From assembly GCA_965202585.1 (NCBI GenBank), contig OZ241828.1:36208001-36272000 (forward strand): a stretch of DNA of 64,000 nt, written 5' to 3'. This DNA comes from Thalia democratica (lineage: Eukaryota). The notes beneath the pieces were generated by a model, which saw only the letters and a program-made list of their open reading frames with translations, had not been told where the DNA came from and did not search any database. Position numbers and translations under genes: made by a program. Numbering within the stretch: the stretch's first letter is position 1; each line of letters starts with the position of its first letter. Shown piece after piece: positions 23,860 through 36,975 of this stretch.

Positions 23860-26800
23860 ATCTACGCTTACTTGGCTAACAAAAGTTTTCAATAATAAGC
23901 AGAAAAGGGTTAAATGTTAGGAAAAGTTTTAAATTTCAAATTGTACTGTCCAGTAATTGATAAGTTTTATAACTTATACCAAACACAAATAAAAAATACT
24001 AAACTAGACATTTAAAATTAAACATTAACAAAGTTGATATTAAAACAGTTTAAAAATGCATAAACTTTATAATTATAACCTAAAATAGTTTATTTTGTAT
24101 AACGCGTCTAAATTTTAAAGTTAAACCTTAAAAAAATATTATGTTCGCTTTTATTTTTCTTATGTTAACTAAAGTTTTGTTTTATGAGAAATATTTTTTT
24201 AATGTAATTTATAGTATTAGTATAAGTTTTATACTTTATCTTTATAAATTAAAGGTTGATAAAACTCATCAGCTCAACCATTTTTATGTTAATTATTTCT
24301 CATTTGAAGACTTCCAGTTACAAGAAGAGCACATTTTTTCTCAACCGTACCGACTTTATACCTTTTATAAACCTCATAAATTAAAGTTTTATGAGCTTAA
24401 ATTTTTATTAACGACGGTTTTTGGTTGTCGATTTGTTAAATTCGAAGTTAATATAATTTACAAGGTAAACAATTATAAATAAAAAAATTAAAACGAAAAA
24501 ATTCTGTGTGTCCAACAATTTCGCACTTTTACATCTCAGGACTAAACAATGATGTGATTATGATAAACGACATCCATTTGCGTTGCCCTGACGATGGTTG
24601 CCATATGTTCAAGACGCTCCTTTGGGAAGTTGTTGCCATGGAAGCGTTGTGCCACAAATTTAATTACTCGCTTATCATGTCAAATTTTATTTTGATGAAA
24701 AAAAAAATAACAAACGATTCTTTTAAGCCTTTTGAATATTTTATCTTTTGACCACTTACTTATAAGTTAGCTTTTGATAAAAAAACAAAAAAAAAACACA
24801 AATCTAAAACTTAAGCTGCTTATGATAAACATATTTATAAAGTATTTGTGTTTGGTTTTTACTTGTGCGAGGCTAAAGTACAACGGAATCTTTTTTTGTT
24901 TAAATACGATTAGGTAGCTTGAAATTCCGGTTTAATTTTAAAGTAATCTAACTAAAAAGTAAGATTTGTTTCGCTCTAAATAGTAAAAAAGTGTTTTAAA
25001 TTTAGAAACTTTATAGTCAGAGAGTAATTCTAACCATTAAAGTTTTAAGTAAGGCTGTAATTTAAGAATACTCCCTGCCTACCTAACTTAGATTCTAATC
25101 TATTTCAATTATAAATTCACAAACACCTGCATAAAAAAAAAAGAAAACAGAACCACGGAAGCAGCTCATTTATTTTTATTCAACTTGGGTTTGGAAGCGC
25201 GTGGCAACTTTTAATGTTACAAGTTGTTACGTCACAAAGGCCAGAGAGGCCAAGCCGCTCTTTTTTGTTGTTGGCGCCGCGGTGCAGGGATGAGGTTTCT
25301 GCATATTCATGAGCTCATCGATCAATGTGATCTGAGATAATGAATGTCTTTTTATTATTAATTTTCTAGAAATAAACCTGTAAATGACAAAAGTTGACCC
25401 CTGCGTCTTTCTCAACAACAAGCCACAATTCAGTTTGTCTAGTTAAAGCAAACAGAGTTTTAGATAAAACCAGCAAAAAGTGTAAGCAAATTAAAATTTT
25501 GATGCAAACATTTGAGCAGGTGATCAATTATTAACTTGATCTCATCATACGCGATTAGCTTGTATTTTCAAAGTGTTCAATAAAATGAAGTCTATTGAAA
25601 TGAAAATATAAACAAAAATATAAAATATTAAAGTAGTAGCATAATTGGAATAAAAACTTTTTGAAAAATACAAACAGGTGTCAGTAGTTTACTGTAGAGC
25701 TACTTAAAAGTATAAGTAAGACAACTCAAGTTAAGCACCTTATTTAAAGTATCAGCAAAAAGTTTCTTGCTTTCAAAAATGACAAACACTTTTTTTTACG
25801 AGTTCGGTTTGAATTAGTTAACTAAAAATGTTTTGACCTGACCTTATTAAGTTAGTTTGTGTACTTGAAAGCTAATTAAAAGTTTAAATTTATTTAAAAA
25901 AATATTCTTTACATAAATTTTTGTAAGAGATGAAAATGTGTGTAAAAAACTAATAATTATTATTTAACTATTTAAGAGCTATTTTGACAAAACTTCCAAA
26001 AAATTGCTAAAAGTTTAAATATAAATTTAATTAAAACCCGTTTAAGTTTTTCTTGATTTTTTGAGACAAAATCTTATATATAAAATTTCTTATTGAGGGA
26101 ATTATAAGAAAAAAAATGTTTAATTAAAATTTTATATACGTTTTTACCAGTTTGGTTTTTTGACTTCAAAACTAGTGCTCGTTTTTTTCAAATCTTTAAG
26201 TAACCAAGTGACACCACGTGATTTATTTATTTAATTAACATTAGAAATGAAAATATTTGGCTAACTACTTCTGAAAGCTTTTACGATGGTAGTCACAATA
26301 GTACAAAACACATTGAATTATTTTATTAAACAAATTTAAATTTGCCACTTGCATTTCCCTTTTGCAAGATGATTGTGCAGTTTGTTGATTGAATTTTAAT
26401 TCTGGTTTGCTGTTTAAATTCGTCAGTGAAAATATAAACAAAATTTAAAGATGATTTTGAGTGCTATTTTAGTTAGCAGGTATATTTACTTTTAAGTTAT
26501 AAACTCTTTAAATCGACTTATGTAATTTAAAAAAGTTCGTAGCATTTTTTTTTACTAGCGTGATTTTATAAACTGCTATAATTATATAGTTACTTTAAAT
26601 TTTTTAATAAAATTAGTATTTTTTAGTTTAAAATTAAAAGACTCAATTTAGTTGAACTAAACTGTATGTAAAAACGCATTATAAATAACTAAGAGGCAAG
26701 CTGTGTAGAAGTCAGGTAACTGAATGGCTTCAAATCCGCATCAAGTCCGCATTGTACAACCAGGATGACGTCATAATTGGAATGTGTTGCGTGTCTCTCA

Positions 26801-27234
26801 TTTGCTGAAACGTTGAAAAAGAAACGTTTTTTGTATCGAAATAAAAACTTGTTCAATTTTTATTTATTGTGGCAGTTTAATGATATAAACAGTCTCAAAC
26901 TTTAAAGTTTTGATAATGATTGTTGTTAGCTGTTTTAACAATTAAGACTTTCTTGCTCACCACTTGCAAAGAATTAGGAAAGCGATTTTTTCCTTTTCGA
27001 TAGCTTTAATCGATTTGAAAATTCGTTCATAAGTTTTCCATTATGGCAGAGAAATGAAATAAATAAGCATTAAAATCTTCAAAAGTTTTGCTTGAGATTG
27101 TTGTTATTATACAAATAATAGAGATTTTTGCTGCTAACCACTTGTAAGGATTTTTTAAAGGATGTAACTTTAGTTTGAAGTAGAAAAAAGTATTATCTCA
27201 TAAAATATTTTTTAAAGCGCTAAAATCATTTTAG

Positions 27235-27426
27235 AACGAAGGATCCAACTCAAACGACAGACCTAACACGTCAGATCACTCGGTCAACGGTCCAGGACAA
27301 AATTCAAACCAGTCAATTGACCAGTCGATGGGTTACCACCACCAGAAACAGCAGCAGCCGGCTTGGAAGGCGCTGAGTGATTTTGCACTGCAGAGCGAAA
27401 TAGAAAAACCACCGTTTCAGCAGCTG
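27235..27426 (+). CDS. Isl: Islet copy A exon 6, N/S/Q-rich linker plus Islet-specific motif
   Basis: cattttag| acceptor and CTG|GTTTGT donor; 64 codons, phase 0/0. Ends [23 protein letters not shown], matching vertebrate Isl1 [23 protein letters not shown]. Missed by the ORF track. Confidence 0.93.
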
Positions 27427-28150
27427 GTTTGTTTGTAAACTATTTAGTGTGACTGCGTAGTTATTTGTTTAACTGTTAATCGTACTACATTTATTTTATA
27501 CGCAATAAGTCAAACATAATGTTGTGTACTTTGGAATTATAAAAGTTTAAACTAATTTTGTTAAATATTTGATAGTTTCAGGTTACACCTATTTGTTTTG
27601 AAAATTAGGGTAAAAAGTCTAGACATAAACCAATATAATTACTGACTTTAAATTTACGATTAAGCTAACTAAATATCAGTCATGTTAAAATTCCAACGTT
27701 AGAGTATTTAAAGCCTTTTTTTATCAATATACTTTTTTAAATTTGTTTTTCAACTCTAAAACAGTAGTTTAAAATCCAAACTTGAAATAAATGTATAAGA
27801 GTGTCAGAAAACTTAAAAAATAAATTAGTAGAATTTAAAGTTTTTTAGTAAAATCCTGATGTTTATCCACATTGAAGCTTTATGTATTAGCAAAAAAAAG
27901 TTTTTGTTGAAAATGCTTTAGTAAGAAAAAAATTGTATGTTTTGAAAAACTCTAAAAACTGGTATTTATCAAAATCTCTTAAAATCTATGATCTTTAAGC
28001 CCTTTGCTTTTTCTTTAGGATAGTAATTTGTTTAGTCAGTAGCTGCTAATCGCAAACAAAGTTTGTACCTATATTTATTTAAATAAAAATAAAAAAATTC
28101 TTAAAAATTAAAAACAAAATTATATTATAAAAAAAATGTTTCTTCTGTAG

Positions 28151-28268
28151 GTTAGCAACTTCTCAGATCAGGCTCCCTCCTCGATTTCTGATTGCTCGGA
28201 GGTTTGCAGCATCCCCTCCGTATCCTCCACCAACTCCTGTGCTACTCCACTACATCTTGTAACAGAAA
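28151..28268 (+). CDS. Isl: Islet copy A exon 7, S-rich C-terminal tail
   Basis: cttctgtag| acceptor. Encodes VSNFSDQAPSSISDCSEVCSIPS, similar to Isl1 [22 protein letters not shown]. The 3' end is either the A|GTAAGA donor at 28268 or read-through to TGA at 28298-28300 (483-aa protein). Confidence 0.8.
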
Positions 28269-28365
28269 GTAAGATTGTTTGCACTTTAATATTTAGATGA
28301 ATATTCCTTAAAAAAAATTAAAAAGTTATATTTGTTTTATGGAAATAAACTCAAATTCTTTAGAG

Positions 28366-28562
28366 TCAAAAATCTTATTTGCCGGCTGAACAACTACATC
28401 GAAAGGACGTTGCCATCGAACAACTTAATGAAGACGAGACTCAATCAGTTCAATCAGCTGAAGGCGCATGTTCAGATGTTCTCATACTGGAAGTTCACTA
28501 AGCTGGAGCAGGTGCTCAAAAGGGAAGTTACCAAAATCAAAACCAATTCTAGTTTCAATCCG
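28366..28562 (+). CDS. Candidate extra 3' exon 8 of Islet copy A (frame uncertain)
   Basis: GC-richer island with a ttctttagag| acceptor. It is in phase with the exon 7 donor and open to a CCG|GTAAAT donor. No homology was recognised, and another frame is also plausible. Confidence 0.3.
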
Positions 28563-28847
28563 GTAAATAAAAGAGACAATATTTTTAAAACATAAACAAA
28601 TGCATATCTTAAAGTTTAGAATACTTTACATCCATTTAGCTTATACAAATAAGAATATTCTAAGGATTAAAAGTATTTTTTATTTTTTATACTGAAAATG
28701 AAATACAATTAAACTTGAAAGAAGAGTTTCAACGGTTGTGACTAATCTTTCTAACACATTCCAAGTAGCAGTATTGTTTAAGCCTTTTTAGTAAACAATA
28801 TCGACTGTTTAAAACCTATTTTTTCTCAACATTTTTTTTTCACAAAG

Positions 28848-29027
28848 GATTCACTAGAGGACGAGTTGCTTGACCTTCGGTGCAGGAAACTTCTTCTGAC
28901 TTTCATGAAGCCTCTGACTTCAAAGCAGATGTTAAAATATCACCAGAAAGACTTGAAGATCCACTTTGCATTATCAGCTGCTTTATATGAAAAACGAGCT
29001 GCGTTTAGAATAAAACTATCTTGTTAA
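28848..29027 (+). CDS. Candidate terminal exon 9 of Islet copy A (frame uncertain; may be UTR)
   Basis: Poly-T tract with cacaaag| acceptor, then 59 open codons to TAA in phase with candidate exon 8. An alternative frame ends at TGA 28988-28990. No homology was recognised. Confidence 0.25.
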   Translation, partial: DSLEDELLDLRCRKLLLTFMKPLTSKQMLKYHQKDLKIHFALSAALYEKRAAFRIKLSC

Positions 29028-32000
29028 TATATAGTTTTACTTGACTTTGTTACCTGTTTGAATGCTCATTTGAAAGTTTAAGGTGTTTAGTAGACTTTAA
29101 ATAATTTTAAATTAGATACGTATTTAGTTTAAAACTTAAAAAATCTATACAAGAAAGTTTTGTTAGAGCACATAAGTTATTACATATTAATGTCACTTTT
29201 GTAAGGAAAACAAAAAACAAGTATTGTAATACTTTTCATTTTAGTAAAATATGTTTTTATACTTCAGTATTCATCGTTTTATCAAAGTATAAGGTTAAAA
29301 AACTATATGCTTTATTATGCTACGAACACTTTATTGTGCTACACTGAATACAAATAACTTATGTTCAAGTTTTAACTTTTAGATTTATATATAGTATTTC
29401 TAAACTTCAAGCTTAATTATAAGATGCAGTTGTTAATGTTATTTTGCTTCCTTTATGAGTGTTATTATTCGAATTAAATGTGCCAAATGTATTAAATTAA
29501 TGTAGAAAGCAATCAATAACATTTAAATTTAAAAAATTAAACAAAATTTTAGAGTTCACATTTTTCACTGCTATAAAAATGATTTTACGTTTTGTACAAA
29601 TAGCTATTTTACTTTCCAAAATACAAACATAAATGATTTACTCGAGTTTTTACCCAAAAAGTGTTTTAAATTGTTTTAGGAGCAACTTTAAACAATTTTT
29701 TGGCTTTTTAAACACTAAACAGTCGGTTTTGGTCAAAAATACAGACGTTCATAAACATTATAAAATTTTTTGAGTTGTACAAACAAATAAACACTGCTAG
29801 TTTAATAAGATATATACAGAATATTCAAAATACTTGCTTCATATTTTCTTTCAGCCCGCAATGTTTGAAATTCTAACATTAGTTTTTTTTTTTTTTCGTA
29901 TAAAATTTTTATTTAATCTTTAAACTTTATTACATAGTTTAATATTCATAAAATTTATTTTATTTCTAAACTTCAACCTATTATAACAGTCATCTAGGAT
30001 ATAAACAAAAAAAATGTTTCTAGGCATATTGTTTACTAAATATTTACAAAAAAGTTTGTAATTGATTTTTTTAAAACAAAAATGTCTTCATAACAAACAC
30101 GTGACTGTCTTACATTTAATAAAGTTCTTCGATAAAATACTGAATAACATATAATAACTAGGATTGTTTTCGTAAGGCTTTTACTTAAAGATAATTCAAA
30201 TGCACACATGCATTTTTAAGATCAAAACTGTAATTCTGTTCCGGAATTAAAGTTTATTAGTACTTAATGTAGTAAAGTAAGTTTACGACGCCTTTCATTA
30301 TATATTGTTTATTGAAGGATAAAAAGTACGCTCAAAAGGTTTGGTCCAAGGACCTGGGGTACAAAAAACCATTCGGTTATTGAGTCATACACCAGAACAG
30401 TTTAATGTCATGCCCAGGACAATAAACATAATATTAGTACATTAATTTTAAGTAGTTAAATTAGTATAGCCTTAATATTTATTTTATGTTTATTGGAATT
30501 TGTTAAAACTTAAAATAAATACAAGCAAATTTTGTTATCAAGTAACCAAACATTAACAAACGTGCTAATTTACTAATTATTTGTGAAAAAACAAATCTGA
30601 CTTTGTGAAACAATAAAATACATTTAACTTTTTTTTTATTGTTTGACAAAGTTATTTTTTTTTTCTCGACGAAACAGGTCACAAATAAAATAGTAATTAA
30701 TAAAAGAAATCATTGTAATTTAGTAAAAAAACTAGTAAATTAGTTATTTTTTACTGAGCCCGCTTGGAAGGTTTTTAAAACAATTTATATAAAAATAAAA
30801 ATTTATAAAAAACCTTAAAAAGTTGTCTAAGTGAAATTTTGTTTAGTTGTTAATGTATAAATATCAGTTTATCATAAACGTAGCATCATTACTTGTTTTC
30901 TAAACTTTTTGTTGTTCAACGTTAAAATAAAAAGATCAAAAAACTAATTCTACAATGCTTTCACGAGAGGAATAAATCATATAAGTAGTTCTTCAGCATG
31001 CATTAGTCTAATAAGTTTTTCAGAGCTTATTATATTTGATAATTTGTTAAGAAATACCGCACCATTCGTTATATATTTGGTATTTTTTAAAAACATCAAC
31101 CCTATTTGCTGTTATAAATTATGATAAATCGCAAGTCTAGATTGATAATAAGTTTTGTTTTTATAAACTATTAAACTAACTTCTATTCACTAAATATTTC
31201 TAACATTTACTTATTTTTGAGCCAAAAAATACACTTTTTAGATATAATAAGACCTAATTTACATGTAAAAGTTCTGTGGAGCAATGCTCTACTTTATAAC
31301 GTTTTATAATATTTTATCATACTTCTTCTTAAAAACGATAAAATCTTATTAAATATATATAGCTCTTTCATGAGTTTAAGTATTATAAGTGAAAAAATTT
31401 TTCGAGAAAGTATTATAAACAGTTTACTACTGGAAAGTATTCAAAGTAGAAAAATAATCTGTTTTAAATAATTACATCATTAGCACACCTGTGTACTTTG
31501 GTTTACTTTTCGAAAATTTCAGGGTAAAACGTTTTTTAATTACCTTCCTGCAAAATTAGTTTTCTATAATAGAAAATTTAGTCATTTGTTCGCAGAATTA
31601 GCAGAAAACTATGTCAATACAGTTATTTCGTATTTTATGCTTTTCAAAACAAAACTAAAGTAAAAACAAATTTATATAGTTCCACTTTTTAAAGCTTATT
31701 AATTAAGTAATTTAGTTTTGAGGATTTTAAAGATAGCATAAAGTGTTTGAATTTTTATAAAACTTTCAAAATTGTTATTTTACTTATTTAAGATTTGATC
31801 AAAACTGTGTTTAAATTAAGTAAATAAATGTAATTTATTACAATACTTTAATAAAATATTAATTAGCTTTTAATCTTTGTGCAAAGTAAAGGTTTTTAAT
31901 TGTTTATTTGTATATTTTAAAAGTATTAGTATATTCAAAAAATGTACGATTAAAATTAATATTTTTTTGCTTTGATATATTGTAGAACATCATGTTTTAA

Positions 32001-33432
32001 TATTAAACAAAAAATATTTTATTAACTTACTGCTATTAAATAAAAGTGTTTATGTTTCTTAGGAAAACAAATAAAGTTTACATTTTATAAATAAACTTAG
32101 AAAGTTTTTGTTTACCAAAAAGGCTATAACGTCGAAAATTTGAAAAAATGCCTTAAAGTAAAAAATAAAACACAAAGACTTTCATCGAACGTTTAAAAAA
32201 AAAGAAACTTTTAAAAGTTGAGCATATAGTTAAATACAATCTATATTGTTTTAAATAAACAGAACATAAAACCTTACGATAGCGTTGTGAACACGTATCT
32301 ACTAACTTTTGTAGATCGGATATAACAAACTTAAATCAGTATTCGATTGTTTTAAAAACGTTTTAAAAAGTCTTTCTATATTACATACTAGTACTAAAAT
32401 TAATAAAAGTATACTTTGTTATTATTGTAAACAAAATAGTTAAATATTTAAAATAGATAAAACAACTTTTGCTTGTACAAACAATAAGGTTTTACTGTAC
32501 TATTTTTTTCATAGACTTTGTTATTTCTGAAAAGATATGATGTCAATTTAGTTTATCAAAAAGTTTTATATTTTAAATTAAAAATACAAAAAAGTAATTG
32601 TATCAAAAAAAAAATCGAGTCCTTATGTTAATAATGTATAAAGACTTTTTATATAAATAATATACTACTTAAAAAAAAGCTAGTTGAATTTAAGATATTA
32701 AGATATTGTATTAACACTTTTTAAAATCCTATATTTACTAATTTAAGTAGTTAAGCTTAAAATTTTAAAATATCTCAAGCTGTACTAATCTAGAAAGACT
32801 GTATTGTTTTCTGCTTTAAATTATTTTTAAACAGTTGACAACGGGTAATTTAAAAACTTTAAACTTGAACTGAGGTCTGACTTATGTTTCAAAATTATAA
32901 CTAATTTATAATTACAATTGATTTAATAATTATAACCGAAATTTAATAAACATTAGTAAACTATGAAAAATAAGAAAGGTAATGTACAATTTAGTAGAGC
33001 TTTTGCAAAAAAAACATCTTAACGTTTAAAGTTAATAAAGTAAATGTTTGAAGCGAACTAATTATAAGTAATGGAAGTATTGGTTAACACAAAACATTTT
33101 TTCAGGTCTACTTGTAGCAGGTAAATCATTTGTAGTGAAGCTCGAGTTTAAAAAAAAACAAAGCAAATAGCTAAAGTTTTACTAAAATAAAACAGAGAAA
33201 ATTGTTTCCGCTATATACTCTTAAACACTGAAATTATCCACCGAATATCGGCATAATTTTTAAATTAGCATAACTTTATGTTGTCCTGCTGATCAAGATG
33301 CTCATTTGGACGTTCAATTACTTTTTAGTGTCGCTTTTTACGCAAAATACTTCAAATTTTGATACACTTGAGTCGTAGCGATTTCGTAAATTTGAAGTTT
33401 GGCCTCATATTCCTGCTAAGCCAGTTACTTTC

Positions 33433-34062
33433 GTTTCCATAGAAACGAGCTTGTAATCAACTGCCAAGCATGCCCGCTTACAGTGGAACCCATACATAAA
33501 AATATTCCCAAAGGTTATTTGTGTCCAATTAAAGCTTAAAACAGCTACTCGATGGACAATAATAACCTTAACTGCTATTACTACTATTAATAATAGAAAA
33601 CTTTGCGTTTGGATACTAAAAATATTGAACAGAATGCTTAAAGAAATTGGCAAACATTTTATATTCAGCCAAAACTTTTTAAAGTAATTTAAAAACACTG
33701 TTTCATTTTAAGTTTTTTTATAACTTTCCTGTTTTTAATTTTGTAAACCAGTTAAGACTATAAGCCGAACATATTAATATACATAACTTGTTTTTATTTC
33801 AAAAAAACATTATTTTAAAAATTGCAATGGTTTTGATATTTAATCACTACTGAGACTGTAAATATTTTTAATATAAAACTATACAAGCTTTTACAAGATA
33901 GCATATGAAACCAGAAATACCTAAACTTGCCTTGGATTCAGTAATTATGAGCCTGCAAAACGCGCAAGCAGGCTACATTAATGCACTTGATTACTTTCGA
34001 GTCGTTGTTGCTTGGTGATATGTTGCTAAGCAACCGCGATGCTTGCTAGTTGCCATGCTTAC
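33433..34062. promoter_or_regulatory. Cluster of RFX X-box-like motifs in the intergenic region
   Basis: GTTTCCATAGAAAC (33433-33446), GTTGCTAAGCAAC (34022-34034) and GTTGCCATGCTTAC (34049-34062) lie in GC-richer islands. The target gene is unknown. Confidence 0.5.
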
Positions 34063-36659
34063 TCGCACTTGCGGCTGTCACCATGAAATTTTCTTTCAAG
34101 TTTTCAGTCAAGCGCTAATGGAACTGTTTTTCTATTTAAAAAACCGCAATAGTGCTGTTTTGTTTTATTGATAAACATCTAGTTTATATCATCCAATTTC
34201 ATTTCGTTCCCATTAATATGGTTTAAAATATTCTGTCCAAAACGTTATACATGTATGAATTCAGCTATCAAATTGGCTACTTAACTATCTGATGTTCCTT
34301 TCAATGAGCAACATTGAAATTTAGCTTCTTAAGTAGAATTTTTCTTTTATTTGCACGTAGTTTGCATGCTTATTTGTTAAATTTATAGAAAATATTTAGT
34401 TTTATCTGAAAAAATTTAAATAATAAACCAACAAAAAGAAACATTTTCTATTAAGAAAACTAATAGTAACACGGTCATTTAAAGGTGAGTAAAAAGTTAC
34501 AGATTCAAAATAATTAAAAATAATGTTGTAATAAAAGTACCAAATAGTCTAAAAATGTTTTTTATAACATTAGTTTGGATAAATTTATGCTAAAATAGTA
34601 TAATATAGAAAATAAATCATTCAAAAAAAATCCTTAAATATAAATCTTCTAAATTCTTTATTGGTTAGGCACAAAAAAGCGTTTATTTGTAAAAAAGGAA
34701 ACTTTAATTATACATAGATAAATAAAAATAGCTTTTAGCTACCTGAATACATTTTTAGTTACTTTTTTCATTTGCATTATTTTATTTTGTTTTTAATTTT
34801 TTCTATATGTAATTATGTTTTTTAAATTACGCTAATTAATTTGTCGATGGTAGATAATCTTAAACAGTTATTCATTTTTATAGATTACACAAAACCATAA
34901 CAATATTTATATTGCAATAGTATTTGACAAATAGGTATAGCAACAAATAAAGACACTTTAAACAGCTTTTGTTCAATTTTCGATATTAGACATTTTTGTA
35001 AAAATCACTCGTTTTAGAGACTTTTATTTCAATGTACGGCATTCAACAACTGGTAATGCATTAACATAACAAAAATAACAACAACAAAAATTTGCTCTCC
35101 CTTCATAACCTTTATCCAATCAGCTGAAGTGTTGTTTCTTCCATCTGTTTTCAGCCTTTGAATACACATTAAAAGTCTAGTTTGATAAAGGTACTTAATC
35201 TTAAGCAGTAGTTTAACTTTTAAGGTTGAAAAAAAACAACTTGCTGATATGTTGATTGTTGTTTTTTGCATCTGCTTCCGGCCTGTGACGTCAAATTGAC
35301 TTGAAATTTGTGTTGTTTTGTCTTACATTTGTGATTATGAAAATACTTGTTTGTACAACCGTGTCAAGTGGTAGTTTGTTGATTTTATTTCACCTCCCTT
35401 GTCCTTGGACCTTCAACCACGAATTAACCGTCTGAAAGTTTTCTTAACAAACTTCTGTCCATCGTATGAATATTTTTCGCACAAAGAAAATTGTTTATTT
35501 AAATCGAAAAACACTTTTTGAAATGACAAATACAAAAGGATTTGCTTAGATATTTTCTACAAGTTAAAAAAACAATCTGATAAGAATTCGGTATTTTATC
35601 AGTATTTATTTATTTTTACAATACTAATTTTTTTTTTACAACTTTCCGAATACTGAAATCATTTTTCTCAAAAATTTTCTTTTACCATGTACTTTTTTTA
35701 AATTTTCAGAACTTAAAAAAAGCTGTTTGTTGGTTTGACTTACTTATAACAAACTTCGCTTTTAAGTTTAATTTTATTAAACTCTTATTATATTGATAGG
35801 TAAATATACACTTTAGACTGGGATTTTAAAAGCTAAAAAAAAACAAAGTCGAAGGCTTTTATAATCATACTTTACTGTACTTTCCATAAAACTACATTTA
35901 CTTTCTCCTATTATGTACATACACAGTTACAATTAACACGAAACTTTTTACTTTTAAATTTTGAATTTTGTAAAAACTGAAGTTAAACTTTTTATGATTG
36001 AAAAACTTTATGTATATAGTTTATTTTTACTATCGTAACTTAGGAACTTAGGTCATTACTTTAAAATTTAAATTAATTTTGTTGTAAAGCTTAAAATAGT
36101 TTGACACTTTATAGCATAACTAAAAATAACATCTTGTTTTAAGTTTTTATCTTCTTTAATCTAGATTTTATTAGCTAAATAAAACAGATATTTTAAAATA
36201 AATAACATTTTTTTTTAAATATGTTTAGTATATATCAGATGAGTGACTACAAAATTTATTTTAGCTGTTAAGAAAGCTGTGTTTTTTTTCAAAAAATTGA
36301 AGAAACATACTTAGTTTGTTAAAAACCACGTACTTTCTTGTACATATTAGTAGATACAGTTAGAGCTAATATAACTAATTATGTACACACACCTATATAA
36401 AATTATATTTGTTATACAAAAAACAACTAATTTTCGTATTGTTTACTGAGTTTCAACGTTTAACACGTTTCACCAGAACAATATAGCAACATTTTAAAGA
36501 ATCACAAAAAAACACATTATGTCGTTTCAAATAAAATTTATTATTTTAGTTAGCCGATCTTAAAAACAACTTATGTGCAAGTTAACTTACTATTTGCTTT
36601 GTTTGTTCTTGTTTTTGGTTTTATTTTGTTGCTGTTTTTTTATTGATTAGTGTTTTTTT

Positions 36660-36975
36660 TTCTTTAAAGTACATATTTTGATTGTGAAGACAGGGTTGCT
36701 GCCTTTTTTTTCTTTTATTTAATAATAACTCCTTTTTAATTTTTTCGATTTCGTACTTCTCTAGGCTACATAAATGGCATGTTTTGTTGTTTTTCGGTTT
36801 TGTTTTAGTTCTGCAGAGTATTTCCCATTTTAAATTATAGTTTTTTTTTCTTTTAACTCCCATATATAGTTCGATAATTCGATATTAGGTCTTTTTGATT
36901 TGTTGTTAAAGCTTGCCTTATGGTTGCTCTATCTGTTTTCAAATGTTGTGCTTGTTGAACCCACGTAAATTTTTG
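36660..36975 (-). mobile_element. Penelope-like retroelement remnant (GIY-YIG endonuclease C-terminal part)
   Basis: The minus strand reads IYVGSTSTTFENR*SNHKASF...ELSNYIWELK, a frameshift in an A-run, then NYNLKWEIL...CHLCSLEKYEI...LLNKR...PCLH. This resembles the Penelope-type endonuclease signature. It contains one stop and one frameshift. Confidence 0.8.

Noticed and set aside
30318-30383. Possible small terminal exon (DKKYAQKVWSKDLGYKKPFGY*)
   Set aside because: Weak acceptor, no homology and no supporting partner exon.
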